64,000 nucleotides of DNA from assembly GCA_964016885.1 (NCBI GenBank), contig OZ024741.1, positions 96,906,001 through 96,970,000 on the forward strand, read 5' to 3'. The stretch comes from Eledone cirrhosa. Lineage: Eukaryota. The translations under genes and the position numbers were made by a program. Positions 1-12,400 of this stretch are shown in pieces (position 1 is the first letter of the stretch; the number at the start of each line of letters is the position of its first letter). The notes below the pieces were generated by a model. That model searched no databases. It worked only from the letters and a program-made list of their open reading frames with translations, and was not told the DNA's origin.

Positions 1-1224
1 GGATTCGGTATCATTGATACCAGAATAATAGTAGTACCTATGGATGGACGTGTCTTGCATTGTAGTCTCCAAGTGTCACGCTTTGTTATACCTTAGTATT
101 GTAAGGATAAACCACCGTTGATTATAGCGTGTATTCGTAGAAGTTGTCGCATTATTGTAATTGTGGTGGTTGTAAAAGACTTTGCAATAGCAATATGTGG
201 AAGAAATATTTGTTATCGATTTACAAAATCCCAGACCTCATTCGATAACCGTGTGGGGTGGAACTAATTGTATCTGACCAAGGAAAGAATGTTTCTATTG
301 GCCTTTTCAATGCTGATAATATCAACAGGTCGGAACACTGGCAGAAAGAGCAATGGGAAAAAATGTGTCTTGTTCAAGAACATAATATTTGAGTATAACC
401 ATCTCAATTTCCATGTTTTAGCAAATGTAAAGTCTAATACATTTATGTTGGGGTTCTATCTTCACTACTTTGGAGAATTCAGTAAAGGGTTATAGGAGGA
501 GAGAGCCCTATCACCCCATTTGTCGGGAAATTTTAAATGCTATTCGTTTTCTTAAGCTTTTTAATCGCATCCAAATGTATTTCATTCTGCCTGTTCCCAT
601 TCCTCTTTCTATCCAAAATATGTTTATTCCATATATGGTAAACAAAAGCTAACTCTTCTAAAAAGTTGCAGTAAATTGGACTCGGCATTAGACTGGACAA
701 GATCTATGTAATCTTACACCCTACTCTAGTAAACACATACGGAAATCTTGGGAGAAGAATCAGAATGGAAATTGAAAATCAATTCGTTCTTTCCGTGTCT
801 TGTGCCGGGTACTAACAAGACATTATGAAGTTGATAAAAATGTTGCGTATAGTGTAAGACATGTATAAATCTTGGGTCCTTTAAAAGTATCATGTGAAGT
901 TTCCTTACCGTTTTTAACAAAACGGTACGTGTGAAAAATGCACAACATAAGAATAAAAATGATTCTGAAAATGAAACTTCGGAAAGATAGCCATAGCTCA
1001 AACAGGTCAGTAGTCAGTACAAAAATAATTTAGTTAACATTGATTATTCCTGCAAACAAATTAAGAAAATAAACTATAATTTATTTTGTATGAACTAATT
1101 TATTTTTGTTATGCAAAAGTATACACAATAAACAAAACATTAGATGCTTCTTGAACTCTAATTCTTATCTTCCCTCCATAATGTGATTTGTATTGAATTA
1201 TTTAATATTGTGACCTTCTTTCCA

Positions 1225-1298
<74 letters not shown>

Positions 1299-1360
1299 TT
1301 GTGTGTATATATATATACATACATAAATACAGACATAAAATATATACATTCATACGCGCG

Positions 1361-1428
<68 letters not shown>

Positions 1429-3372
1429 AATATATATATATATGATTCTGTGTGTATATTTGTTCGAGTACCTATACAATCTTGCACACATACATGTCTA
1501 TACATATTTCTATATCAGGAGATATTCACGAACTAAATTTACAATAAAATTAAACTTTTCAGAACTACTTTACCATTAGCATTCTTGAAGTTATTTCATT
1601 ACCAGAACAATATTACTTTATAGAATACATTTAATCTATATGGAATACTCGCCAAATATCCAGACAAAATTAAATTAAAGCATTTTTAGATGAGATATTG
1701 GGATTTATTTTTCCAAAGAATAAAATACATTTTTTAAAGATTACTGAAATATTTTCCTAGCTAAGTAACTAAATTTACTCAATGCAATTAAATTAGGTGT
1801 GTAAATTATGTACATAATTTTGCGAAAAGGGTTTAGAAATGTTCGGCCTTGTTATCTTTGTCTTGTTATATGGTAAATGCTTGATGATGATTAGATAGAA
1901 CAATGTTAAAACATACACCCATTTAGACAGACGTATAAATACACTCATGAAAATACATGTGAAAACACTTCGAAATACCCGGTATATTTAATAGTCTGCT
2001 GTCTAATCACAGAGAGATTTGTTTATATATTCTGTCAAGACATTGAGAATCTCGAGGATCTCGGTGGATACCTCTGAAAACTGTCGAAGGTTTTAGTACC
2101 TTGATAAAAGAAACACAGATCTCGCGATCCTTTCTAGCTTTCTAGAGGGTGAAAGAATGTTTAGAAGAAAGTAAAAAATGTTATGCAGATTTTATTTCTG
2201 ATTTTATGTTTGTGAAAGAGTTGATTTTCATAAAAGTATTCAAGTATTAGATGGGATGTTAAATTAGGGCAATACGTGGAAGGAGACTGCGATTGTATTT
2301 CACAGTCTCTTGCCTATTAAAGTGAATTTCTCAAAAACGTAGCAATAATTGTTTGTATGGTGCAATAACTGAGATAATTTAAAGATTTTATCACTGAAGT
2401 GATAGCCTTAACAGATATCTCGTTAAACGACTTAACAATAGTTTTAGGATTTTCACTTGTTCAGGATTTCGTAAGGTTAGTATTTTCCACGGAGACAGGT
2501 ACACACAAAGTTTAAATTGATCCTTCCCGCAAGTTAATTAGTGAGCATTCACTTATTCAATTAACGTATTTACCTGTTTCTTTTTAACGGTAATTTATGT
2601 TTGGCAGTTTCTTGAGGCGCCGAATCCACAAACAAACCTTCCCTTAGATACTGTTATAAGCAGCCGTCTCGAATTGATCCAGCGAGATCTCCAACCAGGA
2701 TTAGCTGAGTTCATTGATACTATTGAACCATATTGCTCGGGCTCTTCTGGGTCTCCTGCGAGTTGGTTTTTTCCGAAAAATCTGTTGCCTGTGTTGCTGT
2801 TAATTCCCCTGTTTGTTTCTGTTAGATTGGTGGTTGTTGTTGAGTCTATAGCGGTGTTGGTGCGGGTAGTAGTGTTGTCAGTTTTTGCATTAGTGTTGTC
2901 GTTTTTTGTTGTATTCATTTTATTAATATGTTGATTTTCTTATGTTGTTGACGCGCATAAGTTCAGGAATTCTGTCATACTTTTTCGCGTGTTAAGTTCT
3001 CGTTTTTGTTGTTATTCTGATATTGCTAGAGTTGACAGTCTTATTGTAGATACTGTCGTTGTTGACGTTACTGTTACTGTTGGCTATTGTTGACCTTTGT
3101 CTATTTCCTTTTGTGGATAGCCCGCGGTTTGATTCAGCGGAAGTATTTTTATCATCCACCATGCCGAATATTTTTTAACAACAGGTCTGTTTTTGAAAAG
3201 AAACACAAAACGTGATCTCCTAAGTGCTACATATATACGAAAACCAACCAACTCTCCAATGATTAGGTTGTTTTAGCCACAAAAAAATATATAATGTTCA
3301 GACAAAAATGTTTAGAAACATGTTAACAATGAACTTACACCGTTGATTTGTAGCAAGTCTCGAGAGACTCAA
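1..3372 (-). mobile_element. Highly degraded non-LTR retrotransposon 5' portion (ORF1 remnant + AP-endonuclease fragment)
   Basis: Minus-strand 50-79 translates VTLGDYNARH (APE-type GDxNARH motif). An Asn/Thr-rich ORF1-like N-terminus lies at about 2600-3163. Boundaries are uncertain and it is interrupted by microsatellites. Confidence 0.4.
1229..1442. repeat. (TA)n and (CA)n microsatellites
   Basis: Directly visible dinucleotide runs. Confidence 0.95.
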
Positions 3373-3382
3373 CGACAATTGT

Positions 3383-3427
<45 letters not shown>

Positions 3428-3436
3428 AATAATAAT

Positions 3437-3468
<32 letters not shown>
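3383..3468 (-). repeat. (AAC)n(AAT)n tract = 3' tail/target of Tx1 copy 1
   Basis: On the minus strand AATAAA-GAAATC is followed directly by (ATT)n then (GTT)n. Confidence 0.85.
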
Positions 3469-3471
<3 letters not shown>

Positions 3472-3731
3472 TTTCTTTATTAACCACAAGGGTTTACATA
3501 AAGTAGACATTAAGGACAGTGCAGGACAATGCAGGACGGTACAAATGGGCATTTCTGCGTGTAAAAAAACAAAAACAGAGGATGTAACAAAAATAACAAT
3601 GAAAATAACAATGAAAAATTCCCCAATAGGGGGGAGACTTCGGAGGGACATTTGTGGAGAAAGCCCAGTAAAAAGCCACAATGACCCTGACCACCAAGGC
3701 AAGTGCCCTCTCCCAGTTTTCCACCTTTAGT

Positions 3732-6700
3732 TTACAGATATATACTCAGAGTCGGCCCATTCACTCGGGCCATTCTTGCTTCTCTCACCCATCTTTCAAC
3801 AAAATGCTGGGAAGAGAGCACTTCCTTCTCTACTCTGATTTTCCTTTTCAAATGAAATTTGAAAAAGTCAATCAGAGCATCACCGAAGAGGTAAGGTCTC
3901 GTCTTCAGCCCTTTCAAACGTGTCCACCATACTATCTCTTTCGCCATGGCCACCAGACAGATAAAAACTGCCTGCCCTTCCCGGCTAAAGGAGGAGGGCG
4001 GGGCAATCCTCACGATAGACTCAGATGATAGCTGGATCCGTCCTAAACGCGACAGCAGGTGTTCGACATAAACCCACAAGTCAGCAATTTTCGGACACTG
4101 GACGAGTGCGTGCAGGACGGTTTCGTCGCCCTGCGCGCATCTCGGACATGCCCGGCTGACGGCACCTCCATGCCTGTAGAGTTTATCCCGAACTGGCAAG
4201 GCTCCTCGGTAGCACTGCCAGGCCAGAGATTTCTGGAAGTTGTCCATAGGCCCTGGCCCGAAAGTTCTTCCGAAGAGATTGGCTAGTTGATTTTCGTCGA
4301 CGCCTAGAGTTTCCCCAAGTACGTCGTCGCTCTTCCCCTCCACTAATCCTCTATAGAACGCCGAGGTGGAGTTTCCACCGATCACATTGCCCGATTGGTC
4401 GAGGGCTGTGAGCGCCTGAAGACATTCCAGTCTCCAGGCGCTCCCTCTCGGTCTTCGCTTGACCCAGGACTGCAGCTCCGTCAAGGAAACGAGCTGGGGA
4501 AAAACGCGTCTAGCAAACGGCGACCACACCTGATCACCGTCGAGGAAGAGGTGGAGATGTCGTAGCCTGAGCGCGTGCCTGCGCATCATCAGCCACGGCA
4601 TGCCCAGCCCTCCACGTAGCGGGTGTTGACAACAGATGGACCGCCTGACCATCGGAGCACGTCCCTTCCACAAAAAGCGAAAGAGCAAACGCTCCAGCGC
4701 AGTCAGGCGAGGCTTAGGACAAGGTACGACGGTTAGGCGGTAGCAGATGACAGACGCGATGTACGCGTTAGCCACCTCCGCTCGACCTTTCAGGGATAGC
4801 TTCCTCTCCGCCCATTTCTGGGTGAGAGAAGCCACCCTGCTCGTCACCTCGTCCCAGTTTTTGTCCGTCTGGAGGTCCGGACCGAACCAGACCCCTAGCA
4901 ATTTAACCGGTCCGTCCGTCCAGCGCCCGACGACGCTGTTGGACGGCATGGACCTGCCTCTCCAGGTGCCGAGCTGCAGGCCCACTGACTTTTCCTGGTT
5001 GATCATTGCTCCTGTCACCGCTTCGTATTCTCTTAGTGTAGTGCCGATCGCCTCGATGTGTTTGGCGTTCGACACCACTACGGTGACATCGTCCGCATAT
5101 GCTGACACGGATCTTCCGCATCCTAGTTCGCGCGGGACTCCCCTCAACGTCTCCAGTTTGTGCAGTAATGGCTCGAGAGTCAATACGTACAAGAGGGACG
5201 AGAGGGGACATCCTTGGCGGACCGAGCGCATGATGTTGAACGGTTCCGACAGGTGACCGTTCACTCTCACCACAGAGCAGATGTCGCTGTGCATGGCAGC
5301 GATCCAGCCTCTGAAGACGGGCCCAAAGCCAGCCGCCCTCAGGACTGCCGCTAGGTAACGATGGTCGACCCTATCGAAAGCTTTCGACTGATCTAAATTG
5401 ATCAAGGACCCACCCGTGCCAGGTTCCCTAGCTACCCTCTCTACGATGTATCGCATGAGGTGGAGGTTGTCGTGGATGGATCTGTCGGGAATGGCGCATG
5501 TCTGCGCCTCTCCCACCAGACCACCAACGACAAGCGCCAACCTCTTTGCTAGCACCTTGGCCAAAATCTTAAACTCTGTGTTTAGCAGAGTTATGGGCCG
5601 GAAATTGTCTATGTTATCCCCCTTGTTCGGATCCTTTCTCAGCAGTGCCACCGCTCCTCGGCTCACAGAACTGGGAATTCTCCCGTTCTGTTGCCAGTTG
5701 CAGTAGACGTCCGCCAAGAGGCCTCCGAACAAGTCTGGCATCTGTACGTAAAGTTCATAGGGCAGACCATCCAAACCAGGCGATTTACCCCTTGTGCAGC
5801 CAGTCATTGCCTCCCGTACTTCAGCGGCTGTTATCGGCTTTTCGCAACACTTCGCCTCAGTGGCCGAGAGCCGCGGCAGTCCGTCGAGGTAGACACTAAA
5901 GTCCATCCCTCTACCCGGCCCCCCGCTGCCCCCGAACAGCTGAGCGAAGTGTCGCTGAAAAGCTTCACACATTTGCCCGGGATCGAGTAGCATGCGCCCG
6001 TCGTGGTCCACCAAAGACCGGATCGTGGCTTTGTTGCCACGACGCGCCTCCGCCACTCGGGCCCATTGAACGGCTTTCGTCCCCTCGTGTCTGAGAGCAC
6101 GCACCCTAGCTCTGACAACGCAGCCTTCGTGCTTTGCATTGAAGAATTGGTCAAGGGCCAATTTCGCCGCAAGCACGTCGGTCGCAATGCCTTTGCTAAG
6201 CGCCTCGTCTAATTTTCTAACTAGTTCTCCCTCTGCTCTATTTTTCTCTATTGCTAAAGCCTTACTAAACCTAATCGATTCTATTCTAATCGCTCTTTTC
6301 AGAGCAAACCACCACTTGTTGTTGACGATGGCCCCCGTCAACGCCCGCTTAACTAGTTCGCTAATCCGGTCTCTGTAGGCCTTGCGCGCTGGTAAGGACG
6401 CGTTTAGCTTCCAGTAGCCGGGTCCTCGTCTATGAAGCCTATCTAAGTCAAGCACACAGGTCACGAATTTGTGGTCCGTGTAGCTGACTATCTTGAATTG
6501 TGGACAGCCTATGCTAGACCTATCTATTTCCCTACAAAATACTCTATCTAGATATGATCTGGATGACCCTATGCGGTTTGTCCAAGTCCACATTGGCACA
6601 TTCGGGAAATCCAATCGGTACCTGTCAGACAGTTCAAAACGCCTGAGCAGGTTGGTGAGGCTCTTGCACCCTCCACCCCTATCCGCTAATCCCACACAGT

Positions 6701-7151
6701 CCCAGCGTGCATCTAAGATCCCGTTCCAGTCGCCCACTAACACTAAAGAGCGGGACGTTCCAAGAAAGGTCTCCAGACGCCGGAAGAAATCAGGCCGCCC
6801 TGCTCCTGTCGGGGCATAGACGGCCACTAGCCTGAAAGCTTGCCCGTCTCCGCTGGTCACGTCCAGCACCACCAGCTTACCCTCTGGGTCCAGGAAGATG
6901 GCCCGTATGGCGAGATCCAAACCTCTCCGAAAAAGCACAGCAACTCCTCCACCGGATCCAGGACGGCTGGGAGATGCGTACACATCGTAGCCGCCGAAGA
7001 TCGGTGCGAAGGCCCGTGCTTCGGAGATTCTGGTCTCGCTGATGGCCACTACATCTATGTTTAGTGACCTGAGGTCGTTGAGCAGGTGACCCTGCTTCCA
7101 TGACGACCCCAAGCCACGCGCATTTATGCTGCCTATTCTGAGTGAGGTCAT
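3732..7151 (-). CDS. LINE ORF2p: AP-endonuclease + reverse transcriptase + C-terminal zinc finger (Tx1/L1 group), 1139 aa
   Basis: EN motifs INARGL, AISETR, AVYAP, GDWN, SYLDRV, TDH and PGYWKLN. RT motifs KSPGLDG, FRPITLLN, LDQSKAFD, VRQGCPLS, YADD. C-terminal CPRC..ETVLHAL..C. Confidence 0.96.
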   Translation of the reverse strand: MTSLRIGSINARGLGSSWKQGHLLNDLRSLNIDVVAISETRISEARAFAPIFGGYDVYASPSRPGSGGGVAVLFRRGLDLAIRAIFLDPEGKLVVLDVTSGDGQAFRLVAVYAPTGAGRPDFFRRLETFLGTSRSLVLVGDWNGILDARWDCVGLADRGGGCKSLTNLLRRFELSDRYRLDFPNVPMWTWTNRIGSSRSYLDRVFCREIDRSSIGCPQFKIVSYTDHKFVTCVLDLDRLHRRGPGYWKLNASLPARKAYRDRISELVKRALTGAIVNNKWWFALKRAIRIESIRFSKALAIEKNRAEGELVRKLDEALSKGIATDVLAAKLALDQFFNAKHEGCVVRARVRALRHEGTKAVQWARVAEARRGNKATIRSLVDHDGRMLLDPGQMCEAFQRHFAQLFGGSGGPGRGMDFSVYLDGLPRLSATEAKCCEKPITAAEVREAMTGCTRGKSPGLDGLPYELYVQMPDLFGGLLADVYCNWQQNGRIPSSVSRGAVALLRKDPNKGDNIDNFRPITLLNTEFKILAKVLAKRLALVVGGLVGEAQTCAIPDRSIHDNLHLMRYIVERVAREPGTGGSLINLDQSKAFDRVDHRYLAAVLRAAGFGPVFRGWIAAMHSDICSVVRVNGHLSEPFNIMRSVRQGCPLSSLLYVLTLEPLLHKLETLRGVPRELGCGRSVSAYADDVTVVVSNAKHIEAIGTTLREYEAVTGAMINQEKSVGLQLGTWRGRSMPSNSVVGRWTDGPVKLLGVWFGPDLQTDKNWDEVTSRVASLTQKWAERKLSLKGRAEVANAYIASVICYRLTVVPCPKPRLTALERLLFRFLWKGRAPMVRRSICCQHPLRGGLGMPWLMMRRHALRLRHLHLFLDGDQVWSPFARRVFPQLVSLTELQSWVKRRPRGSAWRLECLQALTALDQSGNVIGGNSTSAFYRGLVEGKSDDVLGETLGVDENQLANLFGRTFGPGPMDNFQKSLAWQCYRGALPVRDKLYRHGGAVSRACPRCAQGDETVLHALVQCPKIADLWVYVEHLLSRLGRIQLSSESIVRIAPPSSFSREGQAVFICLVAMAKEIVWWTRLKGLKTRPYLFGDALIDFFKFHLKRKIRVEKEVLSSQHFVERWVREARMARVNGPTLSIYL

Positions 7152-7186
7152 GTTTAAAATAGAGTGGAAAAGATGGGAAAGACCAC

Positions 7187-9277
7187 TTACCGTACTTTTG
7201 GTAGAGGAGGGATGGTTTTTACATCCCTTTTCACTTGATCGTCTGGTGAAGGGACCGTTGAATCGTCCCTTCGGCTGGTCGTCGGCTCTTCTAAGAGAAT
7301 GTCTGAATATACTCTTCGATTAATGGTTCCTCCTAGGTCCCTGAAATCACCAACTGCGTTGGGGAATTTCGTTTTAATGTTTGTGTATTGTTTCTGTGCT
7401 ATTTTTAGCAGTCTTATGTTAGTTGGCGTTTTGATTGGTGCTGGTATTATGTAGTCCTGTTGTGAAATGTCTGTGTGTTCAATTATGTAAGTCATTAGTT
7501 TCTTGTTGTGTGTGTTTATTGCCGTGCATTTGTTTTTCTGGGGGTGGGGTGTGGTTCTGCTATTTTCTTGTCGTTGTTGCTGGGTGTGTGTGTTTTGTTG
7601 TTGTGTTTGCGATGTTGGTGCTTGTGGTGGTGGTGTTGAAGGTGTTGTTGGCGGTGGGGTTGTTGCCGGTGGTGATGGTGGTGCTGGTGTGGGTGGTGAT
7701 GGTGTTGGTGGTGTTGCTGCTGTGGGTCTCTTTGCAGTAGACTTTACCCTTTTCTCATTTCTTTCCTCCCTTTTCAAAGGCGACGATGCGCTGCTTCTGC
7801 GTTTGTGCCTTCTTGAGACCTTTTGCCATCCCTCTCCCACCTCACACTCCATGTCTGATTCTGTAAGGTCGGGGAGGGGTACCAGCTCCACTCTTTCACT
7901 TGTTGTTGTTGGTGATGTTTGCACTGGAGTCTCTGTTGCAGCTGCATTTGGTATTGCTGTTGTTGTTGTTAATATTTCCACTGCTGCTGCTGTCTTTGAT
8001 TTCCGTGGAGTGGGTATGGGTGCCACGGACCTATCATTCCTGGTTGCCGCTTGTCCTGTTGCTGGTAGCCGTGGAACCGGATTCGGGAGGAGGGGGGTTT
8101 TCTCCTTTCTCATGGTCTTCTCGTTGCAGAAGGCCCTGAGGTGAGTCTTCGATCCACAGCGAAAGCATTTCGGGCGTTTGCCCTCAACACTTATGGGCAG
8201 TTGAGTGCCGTTATCGAAGTCTATCACATCCGGGATAGCTTCGATGCACTCCTGGTTGGTTTGGATTAGCATCTCAATGGAGGAGCCGACCCAATCTTCT
8301 CTTACTTTTTTCTGTACTTGCAGTACAGTTGTTTTGTCCTCGATTCCGACGAGGACAGACGCGGCCAGCCAAGAAGGGGTCATTCCGGGAGGGACGTGGG
8401 TCAGTTTGACCCTCACAATTTTTTGCCCGCAGTAGGAGGGCACCAACACCATTTCCTCGCTCCTTAGGGTCACTACTGATTGGGCCTTTGCCTCCTGGGG
8501 TGTGGCAAAAAGTACGTCTACGGTGGCGTATTTTTTGCCTCGGGTGATGTGCGTTTTCCTCTGCCACACAGACCCCAAGGCTTTTTGTATTTGGGCCTCT
8601 GTGGCTCTTTCCACCCTACGGGATTTTGTACTTACTGTACGGTACGTGACCGTACAGTGCTCTTGGGTTTCGAAAAAATTTTTCGCTGCCTTGCAGATTG
8701 CTCGGTGTCCGTTCTTTGTCACCATCTTCTTCGCTTCCTCTAATTCCTCATTTGTTATGAGGATTGTTTCCAGGTTTTTCGCAATACCTGCAAATGAGAT
8801 TGGTTTTTCTCTGCTGTTGTTGTTGTCGTCAGAGCTGCTGGTACTTTTGTTGCTGCAGGTACTACGACTACTGCCTCCGCCGCTGTTGCTGTGGTTGTTG
8901 TTGGTGTTGCTGCTGCTAATGCTGTTGTTGTTTATGCTGCTGGTGATGCTGTTGCGGCTGCTACTGTTGTTTTCATTGTCACTGTTGCTGTTGTTATTAC
9001 GGCTGCTACTGCTTTTATTCCTGACGTCAGACGAATGAACTGGGTTTTCGTATTTCCCGCACACCTGTTTCGTCGCTGTCGTCGTCGTGGAGAAACCTTG
9101 CACGCTTTGCACGAGACTTTTCTTTTCTTTCGTCGCTTGCGAAAGAGAAGGGAGGGAGAGAGACACATTTAAAGAAGGGAGGGAGAGAGACAATCTTCTC
9201 TCTGCTGTAGTGATGATTGAGGAAGAAGAAGACGGAATGAGTGGGAGTGACGTATGAAATTTCTTTTTGGTAGCCAT
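7187..9277 (-). CDS. LINE ORF1p (gag-like, CCHC zinc knuckle, low-complexity S/N- and P/T-rich regions)
   Basis: Open frame from ATG at 9277 (MATKKK...). Knuckle CFRCGSKTHLRAFC (CX2CX4HX4C). Lies just upstream of ORF2. Confidence 0.88.
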   Translation of the reverse strand: MATKKKFHTSLPLIPSSSSSIITTAERRLSLSLPSLNVSLSLPSLSQATKEKKSLVQSVQGFSTTTTATKQVCGKYENPVHSSDVRNKSSSSRNNNSNSDNENNSSSRNSITSSINNNSISSSNTNNNHSNSGGGSSRSTCSNKSTSSSDDNNNSREKPISFAGIAKNLETILITNEELEEAKKMVTKNGHRAICKAAKNFFETQEHCTVTYRTVSTKSRRVERATEAQIQKALGSVWQRKTHITRGKKYATVDVLFATPQEAKAQSVVTLRSEEMVLVPSYCGQKIVRVKLTHVPPGMTPSWLAASVLVGIEDKTTVLQVQKKVREDWVGSSIEMLIQTNQECIEAIPDVIDFDNGTQLPISVEGKRPKCFRCGSKTHLRAFCNEKTMRKEKTPLLPNPVPRLPATGQAATRNDRSVAPIPTPRKSKTAAAVEILTTTTAIPNAAATETPVQTSPTTTSERVELVPLPDLTESDMECEVGEGWQKVSRRHKRRSSASSPLKREERNEKRVKSTAKRPTAATPPTPSPPTPAPPSPPATTPPPTTPSTPPPQAPTSQTQQQNTHTQQQRQENSRTTPHPQKNKCTAINTHNKKLMTYIIEHTDISQQDYIIPAPIKTPTNIRLLKIAQKQYTNIKTKFPNAVGDFRDLGGTINRRVYSDILLEEPTTSRRDDSTVPSPDDQVKRDVKTIPPLPKVR

Positions 9278-9490
9278 GTTTTTTTGTTTAAAATGAAATT
9301 TTGGGTACAAAACCCCAATAACTGGTTATTTAACCCCGAAGGGCCAAATAACGGACAGAAAGACCCCTCTCACGAGGAGGAGGGTGTCTTTATCAACAAT
9401 TTGGTTCAAGTTTTAAACAATTTACAATTGTTTTAACGGTTAAAAATTACTATACCTTACAGAGCCGAGCCTCCGTCAACCATGGCATTC

Positions 9491-12400
9491 AATAATAATA
9501 ATAATAATGATTTCATTTATTGGCCAAAAGGGCTGACATATAGGGGACAATACAAAAGACTGGGACAGTGGGGTTTTACAGAAAATCGAGTAAACAATAT
9601 GAAGCACAATAACAAAGAAAAATTCCCCAATAGGGGGGATGACCACCCAGGGTTCGCTCAGGTACCCCACCAGCCCTGAGCGACCCGACGCTTCAAGAGC
9701 ACTCTGGAAGGGCACCCCACTCCTCCTGAAATTTACCTACCTACAGCCGCATGACTAGAGTAGGCCCACTCACACGGGCCAGTCTCGCCACATTCACCCA
9801 CCTTTCAGCAAATGTACTGGGGGGCAGCACTTCTCTCTCCACCCTCACCTTCCTTTCCAAGTGAAACTTGAAATGTACAGTTGGAAACTCGTCGTGCTGA
9901 ATCACATGATGTTCTCTAAATATGAGTGACCATCACAATATTGAAGTTATTACAGTTGAAAAATAAGGAAGTCACCATACTACCCCCTTCCCAAGTTGAT
10001 GAGGGATTGACCGAAGTGAAATGTGTCTGTCTTCAGTCCTTTCAACCTCGTCCACCATACAACCTGTTTCGCTACTGCCACCAGACAGAGGAACATTGCC
10101 TGCCCTTCCTGGCCAAAAGAAGGCGGCGGGTTGATCTTCACTATGGACTCGGCCGATAGCCGGATCCGTTCTACACGCGACAACAGCTGTTCAACATAAC
10201 TCCACAAGTCAGTAATGCACGGACACTGGATGAGTGCGTGCAGAACGGTTTCGTCGCTCTGCGCGCATCTCGGGCAGGTCCGTCTGACAGCACTTCCGTG
10301 CATGTAGAGTTTATCTCGAACCGGCGGTGCCCCCCGGTAGCACTTCCAAGCGAGGGATTTTTGGAAATTATCCATGGTCCCCGGCTCGGAAGTCATCCAG
10401 TACAGACTGGTTAGTTCGACTTCGTTGACTCCCAGAGCCTCTCCGAGTGCGTCGTCGTATTACCCACCACTAATCCTCTATAGAACTCGAGAGTGGAAGT
10501 TCCACTGACCGCATTGCCCGCCTAGTAGAGGGCAGTGAGTGCCTGGCAACATTCCAGATGCCAGTCACCCAGTCTCGGTCTCTTCTTGACCCAGGACTGC
10601 AGCTCAGTCAAAGAAACGAGCTGCGGAAAGGCCCGTCTGACAAATGGCAACCACACCTGTTCACTGTATAGGCAGAATATCTGGAGATGCCGCAACCTCA
10701 GCGCATGCCTGCGCATCATTAGCCACGGCATGCCCCCCCCCCCCCACATAGAGGATGCTGGCAGCAGATGGACCGCCTCACCAGCGGAATCTGACCCTCC
10801 ACAAGAATTTGAAGAGGAGTCGCTCCAAGATGGCGAGGCGGGAACGGAGGCAATGTACGACGGTCAGACGGTCGTAGATGACGGACGCGATGTACGCGTT
10901 CGCCTCCTCCGCTTTCAGTGATAGCTTCATCCCAGCCCATTTCTGGGTGAGACTGGCTACCCTTGCCGTCACCTCGTTCCAATTCTTATCCACCTAGAGG
11001 TCTGGCCCGAACAACTTTACCGATCCGTCCGTCGAGCGCCTAACGACGCTGTTGGACGGCATGGCTTTGCCTCTCCAGGTGTCGAGTTGCAAGACCACCG
11101 ACTTTTCTGGGTTAAGTTTTGCTCCCGTCAACCTTTCATATTCCTCCAATAAGCTGCCGACGACCTCGATTTCAGAGATGTCCGACACCATCACGTTGAT
11201 GTCGTCCGCATAAGCCGACACAGCCTTTCCGCATCCCGGTTCGAGCTGGATGCCCTAAAACAGCTCCAGCTTCTGCAGTAAAGTCTCGAGAGTCAATACG
11301 TACAGAAGGGAGCAGAGAGAGCACCCTTGACGGACCGATCCAGTGACCTATAACGGTTCCGAGAGGTGGCCATTAATTTTGACCATCGAGCAGGTGCCGC
11401 TGTGCATTGCAGCGATCCAGCTTCTGAAGATGGGGCCGAAGCCAGCCGCCTTGAGGACAACCTCCAGGTAACGATGGTCGACCCTATCGAATGCTTTCGA
11501 TTGATCTAAATTGATTAGAGCTCCAACGAAGCCAGGTTTACACCCCATCCTCTCTATGATGTATCGCATTAGGTGGAGGTTGTCGTGTATGGACCTGGTT
11601 GGGATTGCCCAACTTTGCCCCTCCCCAACCAAATCCCCGACGAGAAGTCTAACCTCTTCGCTAACACCCTGGCCAAAATCTTAAACTCTGTGTTTAGCAG
11701 AGTTATGGGGCTGAAATTGTCTAATGTGTCCCTCTTGTTCTTGTCTTTCCTTATCAGCGTCACTACGCCCCGGCTCACAGAACTGGGCATACTCCCGTTT
11801 TGCTGCCAGTTGCAGTAGGGGGCTTCGAGGAGATTGGAGAACAAGTCTGGCATATTTACGTAAAGCTCGTAGGGCAGGCCATCCAAACCGGGTGACCTGC
11901 GGCTCATGCAGCCGACAAGGGCATCCTGAATCTCGGCTGAAGTAATTGGCCTTTCGCAGCGCCCAGCGTCAGCCGTCGAGAGTTGCGCCAAGCCATCGAG
12001 GTAGGGACTGAAATCCGCCACCATCTCTGACCCACCACTTCCCCCGCACAACCGAGCAAAATGTTGGCGAAAGGCCTCACACATCTGCTTGGAATCGGTC
12101 AGCTCGTGTCCGTCTCGGTCCGTCAAAGAACGAATCGTAGTTTTATTACCACGCTGCGCCTCTGCTACGCGGGCCCATCGAACAGCTTTGGTTCCCTCGT
12201 TTCTCAGAGCACGCGCCTTAGCTCTGAAAATGCAACCTTCGTGTTTCGCATTGAAGAAATTGTCTAATGCCATTCTCACCGCTAGCACGTCAGTTGCAAT
12301 GCCACTACCAATAGCCTCTTCTAACTTATCTACCAACTCCCCCTCCTTTCTATTTTTCTCTAACGCTACTTCTTTGCTAAACTCTATCGACATTACTCTA

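Larger units (their letters stand above)
3469..9490 (-). mobile_element. Full-length, apparently intact Tx1-clade LINE (copy 1)
   Basis: 5'UTR, uninterrupted ORF1 and ORF2, short 3'UTR with AATAAA and (ATT)n tail. Confidence 0.92.

Noticed and set aside
4059-9172. Plus-strand and alternate-frame ORFs overlapping the Tx1 ORFs
   Set aside because: Shadow ORFs of GC-rich or trinucleotide-repeat coding DNA; no motifs
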